This document shows, piece by piece, positions 12,865-25,665 of a stretch of 64,000 nucleotides of DNA (position 1 is the first letter of the stretch; each line of letters starts with the position of its first letter). The notes under the pieces were generated by a model. That model was not told where the DNA came from. It saw only the letters and a list, made by a program, of their open reading frames with translations, and ran no database searches. The stretch comes from Eledone cirrhosa. Its lineage: Eukaryota. The stretch is taken from NCBI GenBank assembly GCA_964016885.1, contig CAXHJY010000955.1:1-64000 (forward strand), in the 5' to 3' direction. A program made the position numbers and the translations under genes.

Positions 12865-13128
12865 CAGCATTTCTATGAGCCCATCTCCTCTCCAGGTCTG
12901 AATACAGCAGATTTCTTCCAGAGAAGGATAGAAAATGAGAAAAAGTAAGTGAGGAAGAGATATAGAGGTAGAAGAATTGACCCCAGTACTAGACTGGTAC
13001 TTTTATTATTGACTTCGAAAGGATGAAAAGCATAGTTGACCTCGGTAGAATTTGAAATCAGAGAGCAGAGAGAACGAATACTGCAAAGCATTCTATCAGA
13101 TATTCTAACGACTCTACCAATTTGCCAA
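12865..13128 (-). mobile_element. SINE subfamily with long pyrimidine-rich tail
   Basis: Homologous to 26180-26495 and, inverted, to 25690-25865. Confidence 0.7.
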
Positions 13129-13379
13129 CTCTATAAGTCCTGCCTATATTTAACATACATTTGCAATGTGCTATATATTTTGAATTGGGGTTTTGTAGGT
13201 CCTGTAGACAAGTCACATATTGGTTGATCACATATTTTCATGGAAAAATATATGATTGTGGCATATATATATATATATGAGTGTGTGTGTGTATACGTAC
13301 ATACATACACACATGCATATATATATAGACAGAAGCATCAAGTTGATGGACTAGGTCATGAAACTTACAGAAAGAATTA

Positions 13380-14835
13380 TTGCACAGGTGAGCTGCAGTT
13401 TGGAATTGTGCCACTGATGCACTCTTCCTCATGGGGCAATTGTAAAAGAAATACCTAGTTCAAATTAAGCCTCTCTACTTGGCATTTGTTGATCCGGAGA
13501 AAGCATTTGACAGTGTCCCCCATTCCATTATCTGGTGGGCCCTTAGAAAACTAAGTTGGTACAAGCAATCTATAGAGGAGTAGTTGGAATTAACAATAAT
13601 TATAGTGAGGAATTTAACATGCAAGTAAGGGTTTATCAGGGTTCTGTTCTGAGCCCTCTCCTGTTTAATATCATCCTCCAGGCTATAACAGAAAAGTTTA
13701 AGACTGGCTGCCCATGGGAACTCCCATATGTTGATGATCTAACCCTCACAGCTGAATCATCATCATCATCACCGTTTTATGTCCGTTCTTCCACGCTAGC
13801 ATGGGTTAGACAGGTTGTTCTGTTGTAGGCAGTAGCCGGTCGGCTGACCATGTCTTTCTCATACGGGAACTGATTCTGGCTTGATTTCTACAGCTGGATG
13901 CCCTTCCTAACCCCAACCTCATTTACAGTGAGTGCTGGGTGCATTTTTTCCGTGGCACCTACACGTCCACTTTACAGTGTGGGCTGGGCGCTTTTTTGCC
14001 GTGGCACCTCCACGACCACTTTGCAGTGGGAGGGCGTTGGGGCATATTGTCTATATGCTTCAGCTTCAGTTTGTACCCGTGAGGTGTCGGGTTTTCTGTA
14101 TTACTGCGTGACGCCAGAGAAAACATTCCAGACCTAGAAGCAAAAGGCCATTAAAGTTCTAGTGAGTAGAAAGGAAAACAGGCTCTTGATTTCTTCAGTT
14201 AAATGGCTTTATTCAGTGTGCTGGAACGGAGTGGGTAGAAACTCCATCCTATATCCCAAATGCAAACTATGGGTACACAAGAGGTGTAGTGGGATCTCAG
14301 GTAGACTAACAAAGAACGTAGGTTTTACAGAAGCAGTAACAACTCACAGGAAACAAGCTTTTTTAAATGCTCAGAGGACTCCATAGAAGTAGTTGATAGT
14401 TTCTGTTACCTGGGTGATCAAATTAGCAGTGGAGATGGGTGTTCTGAAGTACAGAGTGAGAACTGGATGAAAAAGTTCAGGGTGCTACTATTGCTGCTCA
14501 CTACAAAAGGTTTTTCTCTCAAAATGAAAGGCAAATTTTATGATGCTTATGTATGAACAGCAATGCTGCATGGAAGTGAGATCTGGATACTGTGTGCAGA
14601 GGACCTACAAAAATTGAGAAGAAATGAAGCTTGAGAGAGAAACTGGGCATAATAGGGGTCAGATGCAGTGTGAAAGAGAAAAAATTGTGGTAGTATGGGA
14701 ACGACAGTTGTATAAAAAAAAGTGTGGAGTACTCAAAGTCACTGGAAACTATGGAAATCTTGCACATTTTAACCTCTCAAAGGAGATGACACAGGATAAA
14801 GATCTCTGTACGGCAGAAGACTCATTTTCCCATGT
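13380..14835 (+). mobile_element. Degenerate RTE LINE interrupted by an antisense RTE 3' fragment (about 13757-14117)
   Basis: VYQGSVLSPLLF, PWELPYVDDL, CKLWVHKRCSG. The inserted piece starts with a (TCA)n tail and matches 17134-17460. Confidence 0.8.
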
Positions 14836-15771
14836 GCACAGGATGAAACAAACTTTAGTCCTACCCTTCCCCAATTCACCCTTTCTAGTTTTAATACCCA
14901 ACACTCACTCACCTTATCTAGGTCCAACTTGAATACTCGTTGCCCCTTCCCAACTCTCACCTTCCTCACCCTTGGTACATCTCTTTTGTCCAACCCATGC
15001 ATACAATCATGGAAAATTGGACTCGCTTCACATTTGCTCCCTTCTGATGCTGCTGCCACGACAAAAAAAAAAAAAATCACTAAGTCCACCTTGTTTGGGG
15101 ATTTGGTGCAACAACAAGAGGCTCCCAGACTACTCTTTATTTAAAGTGGTCATGTCTTGCTTATACAGAACTGGTTTTGGCTTGGTTTCTATGGCCAGAT
15201 GCCCTTCCTAACACAAACCACATTTATTGTGTGTACTGGGAGCTTTTTGTTGTGACACTTACATGACCACTTTACAGTGTGAACTGGGTGTTTTTTATTA
15301 TGACTCCTACATGACCACTTTACAGGGTGGGTTTGACGCTTTTTATCATGTTGCCAACACAACCAATTTACAGTTGTGATGTGAAATTGGGCAGTGTGAC
15401 TTGGCTTCTACAGTTTAATTTATAGCTGTGCCCTGGTGAATTGGAATAGTTGAGATTAGTTTGAAGTTTAGCTATGACTGTATGATGTGCAATTGAATTA
15501 GAAAGTGAATCTGGGATGTGCAGCATTTGCAAGTCCATGTGAGTCTGGATGGCTGTGTGGCCCAACAGCTAGTCTGTGCATCAAAAAGATTTGTTGTAGA
15601 TTAGGTAGAAAAGAGACAGTGATCATAATGTTTGCAGGTTTTCCCAAACTGGTGAGACTGATGGCCAAACTGAATGCCTGTTAGAAAATTGTGTTTGTAA
15701 TAAGTCTGATTTCAAAACCAGATGTTGGACTTAAGCAGAGTAATTATCCTCTATTATTTGCTTACTAGAGG

Positions 15772-15990
15772 CTGGTAGATTGGCAATATTGGTAGAGTGT
15801 CGGACACACTACTTCGCAGCATCGAGTTACGTCCCTTTACGTTCTGCATTCAAATCCTGCCGAGGTTAGCTTTGCCATTCATCCTTACAGGGTTGATAAA
15901 ATAAAGTACCAGTCACGCACTGTCATCAATTTAATCGACTTTTCCCTCCCCCTAATTTGCTGGCTTTGTGCCTAAATCAGAAACTATTAT
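15772..15990 (+). mobile_element. tRNA-derived SINE
   Basis: Similar to 47375-47566 with a longer tail. ttatttgcttacta is duplicated at both ends (TSD). Confidence 0.8.
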
Positions 15991-16499
15991 TTGCTTACTA
16001 CATATGTTCTCACAACAATTGACTCTTTCCCCCTCTCTATATATAAAATTTGAAAAGAAAAAAAGAGCAACAAGAGAAAAAAGTCTTATGACAAAATTTT
16101 AAAACTATAAACTTTTAAAAAATAATTTTCAGTTGATCATATTTTCTTTTATTCTCATTCATTTTACAAGCTTTTAATAAAATCTAATTACCAGAAATTT
16201 ATCTGGGACAGTTTTTTATTTAATAAAAAATCACAGAATTTGTAATTCAAATTGGAACAATTTCATAATCAATAACCAAAAAGTTGTTTCCCAATTAGAA
16301 GATCAATATTAGATTAGTTTGATTCTGCATTGATAATCATTAGGTCAAGCATTATTGCACCTATACATATTGTGCAATGAAGAAAAACATTCTTTTGGCC
16401 AATTGTACTATATTAGGTTGTTGAATTACCTCAGTCTTACTAACTTGAAAGTAGACAACGGTTTATCCAGAAATTTAATATGCAATAAATTATTATGTT

Positions 16500-16740
16500 A
16501 TCTAAGAATTGCTGGACAGATTTTATGGGCAAAACCAACCAGCAGGAGACCTGGGGGTAGACCCTAAGCAAGATGGTTGGATAATATCCATGAGCTCGGC
16601 TGTTCTCACTTGGGGATACAGCTGGATTATTTGTAGATGCTTACTTCTGACAGGACCCACTGGTGTTTGAGGACTCTGCTCCCCTGACCCTCTCAGGAAT
16701 AAGTGAGAGAAGAAAAAGGAGGAGGAGGAGGAGGAGGTTA
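16500..16740 (+). mobile_element. 3' end of a second RTE-type LINE family
   Basis: KPTSRRPGGRP*ARWLDNI followed by a (GGA)n tail. Homologous to 20240-20470. Confidence 0.65.
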
Positions 16741-17133
16741 GTCTCCCATTTGCTTAAAGTCAAAGAAACTTTAAATAAGCACAAATGTTGTGCCTTACTT
16801 TTGAGAAGATCATCTTGAAATATTTAATATGTGATTCAGTCTGAAAACATTCTAGTAGAAAGCAGATTTGTTTAGTCAATATTATGCTTTATTCATCATT
16901 GTAGAGTTAAAAAACAACTCATACAACATTGTTAGTGCTTACAATAGGTTTTTTTGTAGATTCTTTTCTCTCCAACCATTTGACCCCAAGTGAAGTGCTA
17001 AAATCTATTACTCTGATTTACTTTTCACCATTAGAGTTTTCTGGCATTAACAAGCTTTAGATGAAAATTATGTTTTTTTCTGTAAGTAATATTTAAATAC
17101 ACAAGGAGCTGAACAATACTGTATAGACCAGGT

Positions 17134-18192
17134 ATCATCATCATCACCGTTTTATGTCCGTTCTTCCACGCTAGCATGGGTTAGATGGGTTGTCCTGTTG
17201 TGAGCAGTGTCCAGTCGGCTGACCTTGTCTTGCTCATACATTAACTGATTTACCACCAACCTCATTTACAGTGAGTGGTGGGTACTTTTTTTCCGTGGCG
17301 CCTACATGTCCACTTTACAGTGTGGGCTGGGTGCTTTTTTGCTATGGCACCTCCACGACCACTTTACAGTGGGAGGGTGTTGGGGCATATTGTCTATATG
17401 TTTCAGCTTCGGCTTGTACCTGTGGAGGGCCGGGTCTTCTGTATTACTGCATGACGCCAGAGGTCATGGTCGTGTGCCATCGCCCTTGAGATGTGCAATT
17501 GGGTAAGGTCAGCCTTTATCACTTCATCCCAGGTCTTCTTGGGTCTCCCCACTCCGCGGTTACCATCGACTTCTAGTGCTCTCCACCTTTTTTATGCAGC
17601 TGTCATCCTTCATACACATCACATGTCCATACCAACATAACCTCCTCTCCTGCACACAGCATTTGATTCCTCTTATGCTCAGTCTCTCTCTCAATTCGTT
17701 TATACTTTGCCGTTCGCGTATATTACTATTACACATCCATCGGAGCATGCAAGCTTCGTTTCTTTCTAATCTGCGCAAGTCTTCCACAGACAGCGCCCAG
17801 GTTTCACTTCCATGTAACATTGCTGTTCGTATACACGCATCATACAGTCTGCCTTTCATTTTGAGGGAAAAGCCTTTTGCAGCTAGCAGTGGCAGTAGCT
17901 CCCTGAACTTCTTCCAGCCGGTTTTTACCCTAGTTATTGTACTTTCCGAACACCCACCTCTGCTGCTAATTCAGTCACCTAGGTAGCAGAAGCTGTCTAC
18001 TGTTTCTACAGAGCCCTCCCAGAGTTTGGTGGTGCTTGTTTCCTGTGGCCGTTTGCTGCTTGCTGTCCCAGCGCAGCTGCTACATATGAAGCCTACGTTC
18101 TTAGTTAATCTTCCTGAGATCCCACTACATCTCTTGTGTACCCATTGTTTGCATTTGGGGCAGAGGATGGAGTTCTTACCTACACCTTTCCT
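17134..18192 (-). mobile_element. RTE LINE, 5' truncated
   Basis: CPKCKQWVHKRCSG, FCYLGD, LHGSETW, ERRLCWYGHV; (GAT)n tail at 17134. Confidence 0.92.
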
Positions 18193-18514
18193 GAGCGGTG
18201 GGCTGCATAGGATGTGAATCATCATAAGGTGGGCCACACTACTAAAAAATTCAAGGCAATATTGAAATTAGGCATGCCATTTAGAAAGCCAAACGGGCTG
18301 CATGCGGCTGCAGTTTCCCATAACTGGTATAGACAATGTGTTCAAATCTCGGGCTGGGGTTTTGTATGCATCTGGTTAGGTACTATAATTCTACATTGCC
18401 TCAATTCATTCAACCATGGAGAAAACAGAATTTTCTGGTATCTGAGGAAGCTATCTGTAATAAACTGGTGTCCTATTCCAGGAAAGATTGTTTATCATTT
18501 ATTTATGAACAGAT

Positions 18515-19880
18515 TGAACAGAGGAGTTCAAGACCGGCTGCCCATGGGAACTCCTATACGCAGATGATCTAACGCTCATAGCTGAATCAATGGCCAAACT
18601 AGAAAAGAAATTCCAAATATGGAAGCATGGCCTAGAATCAAAAGGCCTTAAAGTTAACTTGTCTAAGACTAAAGTTCTAGTCTGTAGGAAGGAAAATAGG
18701 GCACCAGTCCCATCTGGGGAATGGCCATGCTCAGTGTGTAGGAAAGGAGTAGGCAGAAACTCCATTTTATGTCCAAAATGCAAAGTATGGGTGCATAAAA
18801 GATGTAGTGGGAACACAGGTAAGCTAACTAAGAATATAGATTTTATATGTGGCCGATGCTCAGGTGCAATAAGTAGCATCAAGTGCCCACAGAATACTAG
18901 CTCATTCCATTGCACAGATGGTTCTATAGAAATAGTGGACACCTTCCGTTACCTGGGTGACAAAATCAGCAGTGGTGGAGGGTGCTCTGAAAGTACAGTA
19001 GCCAGAGTCAGAACGGGTTGGAAAAAGTTCAGAGAGCTTATACCACTATTGGCTGCTAAAGGGTTCTCTCTAAAAATGAAAGGCAGGCTGTATGATGCCT
19101 GCATACTAACAGCAATGTTGCATGGCAGTGAGACCTGGGAATTGTGTGCAGAGGATATACGCAGACTGGAGAGGAACGAAGCTTGCATGCTCTGCTGGAT
19201 GTGTAATAGTAATATACGTGAACGGCAAAGCATAAACGAACTAAGGGAGAAATTAGGAATAAGAGGGATCAGATGCTGTTTACTCGTGAGAAGACTACGT
19301 TGGTACGGTCACGTGATGCGCATGAAAGACGACAGCTGTATAAAAAAGTGCAGGGCGATAAAAATAGACGGTAGCCACGGAGTAGGCAGACCCAGAAAAA
19401 CCTGGGACGACTTGATAAATTCCGACCTCACACACTTACACCTCTCCAAGACAATGTCACTGGACCGAGATCTTTGGCGCTACACAGTAATACAGAAGAC
19501 CCGCCTTGCCTAAGTACAAAGCGAAACCTACAGTCAGTAGGCACCTCTAACAAAAATACACCCCGGCCCCACTACCCCTACCCCATCCACACCACCCCTT
19601 CCAATGTAAAGTTATGTTGGTACCACAACATCCAGTCTGAAACAAATGAGGTCATGTAGGTGTCACGACAAAAAAACACAAAGTCCACGCTGTAATGTGG
19701 CCGTGTAGGTAACACAGTAAAAACCTCCCAGTCCACACTGTAAACGTGGTTGGTGTTAGGAAGGGCATCCAGCCGTAGAAAACCCGCCAGACAGTCCTAT
19801 GCAAGCAAGACAACCACTCTTGCCTCAAGTGGGAAAATTCCCGTCCAAACCCATGCAATGGGTTTGGATGATGATGATGT
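18515..19880 (+). mobile_element. RTE LINE, 5' truncated, ORF2 C-terminal half still open (18590-19513)
   Basis: PWELLYADDL, KVNLSKTK, PHD-like CSVC...CPKCKVWVHKRC insert, FRYLGD, RLRWYGHV, GRPRKTW; (GAT)n tail. Confidence 0.93.
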
Positions 19881-19994
19881 TGTGAACATTTGCAATGTTA
19901 GAGTAAAAAATTCAATTCCAAACTTATCTATCAGAAAGACATTAAAATGATCATTTTAACATTTTAAGTCAATAAAGTCAATGAAGTGAGATTT

Positions 19995-20470
19995 ATCTTC
20001 AATTAGGTATTCATGCCAACCCTTACCTATGGTTATGAATCTTGGGTAATGACCGAAAGAATACGATCATGAATACATGCAGCCAAATGGGTTCATCTGA
20101 AGGGTCTTTGGAGTAATGTTACTCGTTAGAGTGCATAGCTTGTAGATCAGAGAGTTACTCCAGGTAGAAACGCTACTTCTTCAAATTGAGCGATCACAGC
20201 TCCGACACTATGGGCATGCGGTTAGAATGTCTAGGGAAAGAATTGTTGGACAGATTTTACGAGCAAAAAAACCCCAAAAAACCATAGGAGACCCAGGTGT
20301 AGACCCTGAGCAAGATGGTTGAATAACATTCATGAGCTCGGGTGGTCTCACTTATGGATCCAGCTGGATCAGTTGGAGACAGTTGCTTCTGACAGGAGCC
20401 CTCTGGAAGGAGGGTTTGAGGACTCTGCCCCTACGACCCTCTCAAAAATAAGTGGGTGGAGAAGAAGAAT
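19995..20470 (+). mobile_element. RTE-type LINE 3' fragment (second family)
   Basis: TLTYGYESW, IERSQLRHYGH remnants; matches 16500-16740. Confidence 0.7.
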
Positions 20471-21528
20471 CAATAAAGTTAGAGAGAGAAAGTATTCCTA
20501 CTCTTACACAAAAACTACCAATTTATTTACCATATTAGCTGTGTAAGTCATAAGGAACAGAATAATTAATATTAGAAGCAGGCTGCTTTCAGCTCCATGA
20601 TGGGTGTTGTACCAAATTAACTTTTATTTAGATTTATCAAATATCTAAACATAATTGGTTAATGATTTAGTTGAATAATTAACACAGAAATTAGATTTAA
20701 ATTACCCCAAACTGCAGTCTACAAGTAGTTGAATATAAGTAGAGATGAAGCTGAAGGACAGAGATGGAATATTGGAGAGTGAATAAAGAAAAGGTGATGA
20801 TTGATATGATAAAATATAAAAAAAATGACTGTCATATTTTACTTGAAATATTTACTGTTATTTGAAGAGGGTGTTCAGAGTCTATCATCATCATCATCAT
20901 TGTTAGAACGTCGGATAGAATACTTTGCGGTATTCATTCTGGCTTTCTGCTCTCTGAGTTTAAATCCTGTTGAGGCCAACTTTGCCTTTCATTCATTTGA
21001 GGTCGATAAAAAAAGTACCAGTCTAGTATGAGTGAGACATGGTCTGCAACAACTGGTCTAACCCATGACAGCATGGATATCATCATCATCCTCACCGTTT
21101 AACATCCATTTATCCACACTAACATGGGTTAGATGAGCTGTCCCATTGTGAGACAAGCCAGGTTGGAGGATCGTGTTTTGCTCTGAGACATTAGATCATT
21201 ATAATTTTGGATCAAAATAGAGCTAAAAAATATAGTGGAGCAAACTTACCAGAATCAACCATGCTAATATTAAGGCAAATCCAAAAGAATTATCTTTAGT
21301 TTAAGATAGAATAATAGTTGAAAAATATAATTCCAGAATACATCTGTTGTCATGATTCAAAATTGTGGACAATTGCTTATAAATTCATAGAAAAATAAAC
21401 TCCAAAGATTTTAACAAAAATATCACCTTGTAGGTTGTGTTTTCAAAGGGACTATTATGATTTAGAAAACTATAAATGTTAAGTAAAAAGACTATTCTAG
21501 TTGGTAAGAGACTGAAAGGAAAGATTTA

Positions 21529-21732
21529 CTAAATAGACCCTGATAAAGGCAGACGCTGCCAAACTGTGACATGACAAATGGTCCATTGATGTTTCCTATC
21601 AGTTTCTCTTATAAGCATAGGCATTTCAGTTTCTTTGATTAAATTGAAATTAGGTGAAAGCACTTCTTTTAAGGTATTAAATCCATAAACAGGTTCCATT
21701 TTTTCATTATAGTAACCACCAAGCCAACGAGA
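21529..21732 (-). CDS. Exon 4 of 4 (terminal), OvoA-C-like methyltransferase
   Basis: Acceptor ctttctttttcag|TCT. Encodes SRWLGGYY...MPMLIRETDRKHQWTICHVTVWQRLPLSGSI* (67 aa plus TAG). Confidence 0.92.
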   Translation of the reverse strand, partial: SRWLGGYYNEKMEPVYGFNTLKEVLSPNFNLIKETEMPMLIRETDRKHQWTICHVTVWQRLPLSGSI

Positions 21733-22134
21733 CTGAAAAAGAAAGGCAGAACTTTTCAAAGTATTTCAAGAAAAAAGAATTAATAAACTATTAGAAATCT
21801 TTTAGAGTATAAAAATTAACACATGGTCATAAGATCTTGGGTTTAATTTCTAGATCAGGTGGCAACAAATGGCTTGTACAGCTCCCATGAGCCGTTTACT
21901 ACAACTAGCTTCTCAATACCCACCAAATGGTCAGGAAATCCTGCCAAAGACCTTCTCCAGATCCACAAATGAGAGGTACACAAAATAAAGTATTTGCCCG
22001 AATACATAATGAAAAATTTGAACTTAAAACCTATACACGTAGTTTAACACTAATCCATTTAACCATTCCCCTTCTAAATCCATTAAAATTGCTGATTTTG
22101 TTCTGATAGATTATAAACTAAACAAATAATTCTG

Positions 22135-22468
22135 TATACTCATGGGTCTCAAATAATCGCCTTCCCTCCATTAATTTTTCTTACCCCCGCTTATTAAATT
22201 TTGTTAATCTATCTCTGGCGAAATTTCATTTAAAGTGGTAGCATTCCTGTGACAATTTTCTTTAGACATTAAAACCATCATACATGACCAAAAAAAGTAC
22301 ATTACAAGAAATCCCATACATTATGAAATAAATAGGATGGGTTGGAGTCTCAATTTGACTAATTCTGGTTTTTAAAAAAAATCAACAGAAACAATCTAGA
22401 AAAATTACTGATTCCCCCTCCCCCTCCTCTTATTCCAATCCCACCTATTATTTGGCACCCAAAAGTAT
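22135..22468. mobile_element. Tc1/mariner-like MITE in intron 3
   Basis: Imperfect TIRs tactcatgggtctcaaataat and attatttggcacccaaaagta. Confidence 0.45.
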
Positions 22469-22690
22469 ATATGGCTTACAAAAATACAAAATGACCTGGA
22501 AATTTTAGAATATTTTTTATTTCAAATATATATATATCTGAATATTTATCTTTGACAATGAAGTAAATTTCGTTTGAATTTAAAAAAGAAGAGTGCGAGC
22601 AACAAAATTAAACACTGCCTCTTCAAACAATAAACCAACCTGACTCCTCCAACCAAAAGAAAACATTAGACATTGAAATAACAAACTGAC

Positions 22691-22897
22691 CTTTGGAGTG
22701 AAAGAAGAAAGCCAAGTATATGGTGCTGTGAGAACTAAAATGCCTTTCTCTTTTACTAATTCTGGAAGTCTATTAAGAAACTGCATTGAATTTTTCAAGC
22801 GACAGATCACATTGGCACTGAGAACACAGTCGAATTGACCAAGATTTTTTGGTAGGTTGCAAGCATCACCAACTTGAAAGTTTACTCGATCAACATT
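22691..22897 (-). CDS. Exon 3 of 4, OvoA-C-like methyltransferase
   Basis: Acceptor tttttttcag|AAT. Encodes NVDRVNFQVGDACNLPKNLGQFDCVLSANVICRL...GILVLTAPYTWLSSFTPK (69 codons). Donor AAG|gtcagt, phase 0. Confidence 0.92.
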
Positions 22898-23055
22898 CTG
22901 AAAAAAAGTTTCAAGAAATAGAATAGTTTATTCCAGCACCTCATAGTCATCATCACTACCAAATCCACCACCACCAACACCAACATCACCACCACTACTG
23001 CCACCACCATCAACACCACCACAACAACATACTGAAATAATAAAATTTATTAACC

Positions 23056-23280
23056 CTTTAGATAGCAGCCCGCTCAAAACTAGCTCTGGTTCAATGAAAC
23101 AAAACCACCCATTTAGATATCAGCCCACTCAAATCTGGCTCTGGTTCAATGAAACAAAACCACCCATTTAGATAGCAGTCCGCTCAAAACTGGCTCTGGT
23201 TCTATGAAACGAACCCACCCATTTAGATAGCTTGCTCAAAACTGGCTCTGGTTCAATGAAACAAAACCACCCATTTAAAA
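23056..23280 (+). repeat. About 4 tandem copies of a 55-bp unit derived from the piggyBac-like MITE end
   Basis: c(g/a)ctcaaa...gctctggttcaatgaaacaaaaccacccatttagata recurs at 23071, 23126 and 23181, with a shorter fourth copy. Confidence 0.8.
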
Positions 23281-23654
23281 AGGTTATTTAAATTAACATG
23301 TTCCAACATAATTTTACTTTTGTATCATCTTAATGAAATAATGAATTATTTTAGAAAAGCCCTCCAAATTCTTTATTTAACTCTTTAGCATTTACATTAC
23401 TCTATATTTGCTATCATATTTTCATGGTAAAGACTTTACCTCATATAATTATCTCACATAATATGAAATCTATGAGATTTTGATATTATTTATGTTGAGA
23501 ACAATACCTTAACATTAGTATGAGTCGCCGGTTATAGCCAGTTTGAACAGAAAGAGGTGAGGGAATTCTGGCTGGCTATGGCCAGTTTAAATGCTAAAGG
23601 GTTAATTCAAATACAGTGTATTTCATTAAAATGCAATAAGCACCTGGAACATTA

Positions 23655-23942
23655 CCCTTTGAGGCACAAGCCTGGGCAAGGTGTGTTTGTGGAATACCAG
23701 CAGTCACCCATGCATGCCAGTCTCCCCTCTCCATGCCACCGATGTTGTCCAAAGGAAAGGCAAAGGCCGATACAGCTTGGTACTAGTAACGTCACAACTC
23801 ATTTCTACAACTGAGTGAACTGGAGTAATGTGAAATAAAGTGTTTTGCTCAAGAATACAACACACTGCCTGGCCCAGGATTGAAACTCACAACCTTATGA
23901 TTGTGAGCTCAATGCTCTAACCACTAAGTCATGTGCCTTCAC
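23655..23942 (-). mobile_element. CORE-like tRNA-derived SINE (second SINE family)
   Basis: Reverse strand begins gaaggcacatgacttagtggttagagc...gagtttcaatcctggg (A/B boxes). Related copy at about 42400-42572. Confidence 0.7.
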
Positions 23943-24159
23943 AGAAATACAGTAAAGAAAGGATTAATACACAAATCAAAGTCTAGTGTAAACACAAGCA
24001 GTCTAATGGGATACATGTTTGTGTAAGTACACAAGGAAAAAATAAGCAGCAAGAGATCACATGGAAGAGTGATACATAAGTTCATAGAAACAGAAATTAG
24101 TCAAAATTATACTAACAGGTAACAAATCACAACAATTTTCTGAACTAATTACAGTTTAA

Positions 24160-24391
24160 CCCTTTAGTTACCAGCCTGGCCAAAACCAGCTCTGGTTCTA
24201 TGAAATAAAACCACCCATTTCAAAGGTTTCCAATTTAAATTAAAATCTTCCAACATAATTTTATATAAGAACCTTACATTAAGTTACTATCTTAGTAATG
24301 AAATAATTAATAATTTTAGTAAATTCTTCAAAATTCTTCATTAATTAATTGAAATAGAGTGTATTTCATTAGAAATATAGTCACGAAAGGG
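24160..24391. mobile_element. piggyBac-like MITE
   Basis: TTAA|cccttt...aaaggg|TTAA. Further copies at about 1490-1944, 33440-33537, 34776-36440 (interrupted) and 44236-44595. Confidence 0.8.
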
Positions 24392-24431
24392 TTAAATAAA
24401 AGAGGTTGAACTTTAAGTAGAGAAGTCTTAC

Positions 24432-24653
24432 CACTGAATTAGATAAACTAGCAGAGTGTTTTTCAAAAATCTCTCCTTCACTGGCAATATAAAAGGCTAA
24501 ATTTTTCTTCTCTTTCAACAAAAGGCATTGTTTGATGAATGCTCCAGAGTAGTCAATTCCAAGAACTTCATCGAAATACTGTGACAGTTCAAATGTTGAC
24601 CTACCAACAGCACAGCCAATATCCAAAGCTCGTCGTTGTTTTGTAGATCGTGG
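24432..24653 (-). CDS. Exon 2 of 4, OvoA-C-like methyltransferase (SAM-binding motif I)
   Basis: Acceptor ttgtttctcttcag|CCA. Encodes PRSTKQRRALDIGCAVGRSTFELSQYFDEVLGIDYSGAFI...SEGEIFE...NSV (74 codons). Donor GTG|gtaaga, phase 0. Confidence 0.92.
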
Positions 24654-24704
24654 CTGAAGAGAAACAATAAATTATATATATGCAATTGTGCAAGATCAAC
24701 CTTT

Positions 24705-25665
24705 TCACCTCATCCCAAGTCTTCCTACACCATAGCTACCATCAACTTTGAGTGCACTGTACCTTTTTATACTTCAGTCATCCTCCATATGCATCACATG
24801 TCCACACCAATGCAATGTCCTTTCCTGAACACTGCATGTGATCCCTCTTATGCCCAGTTTCTCTCTCAGTTCATTTATGCTTTGCCGTTCATGTATATTA
24901 CTATTACATATCCAATGAAGCATGCCAGCTTTGTTTCTTTCCAATCTTTGCAGGTCCTCTGCACACAGTGCCCAGGTTTAATTACCATGCAACATTGCTG
25001 CTCATCTACATGCATCATAAAATCTGCTCTTCATTTTGAGGAAAAAAACTTTTGTAGCTAGCAACAGTAGTAGCTCCCTGAACTTTTTCTATTCCATCCT
25101 CACTCTGGCTACTGTACTTTGAGCCACTGCTAATTAGATCACCCAGGTAAAAGAAACTCTCAACTGCTTCTACGGAACCTTTCAAGAATTTGATAGCACT
25201 TGTTTCCTGTGTGCATTTGTTACTTACTGTTCCTGTGCAATTGCCACATGTAAAAATCTTCATTCTTAGCTAACTTACCTTGGATCCCATTACATCTCTT
25301 GTGCACCCATAGTCTGCATTTGGGACAGAGAATGGAATTTCTACCCATCCCTTTCCTACACACTGAGCAGAGCCATTTCTCTAAGGGGGTCTGGGTTTTG
25401 TTTTGCTTACTAGGACTTTAGTCTTTGCCAAGTTGACTTTAAGACCTTTTGATTCCAGGTTATGCTTCCAGGTCAGGAATTTTTTCGGTAGTTCTGTCTA
25501 GATTCAGCTATGAGAGTTAGGTCATCAGCATACAGGAATTCCCTAGGGCATCCTGTTTTAAACGCTTCTGTTATATCCCAGAGGACAATAATAAACAGGA
25601 GAGGGAGCTAGGGATGGAGCCTTGGTGGATCCCAACTTGAACACTAAATACCTTGCTATAACCAA
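24705..25665 (-). mobile_element. Degenerate RTE LINE in intron 1
   Basis: Similar to 18515-19500 (FFYLGD, WVHKRC, YADDL remnants). Confidence 0.85.

Noticed and set aside
18590-19513. 307-aa ORF as a host gene
   Set aside because: It is the C-terminal part of an RTE ORF2; homologous decayed copies occur repeatedly in the window.
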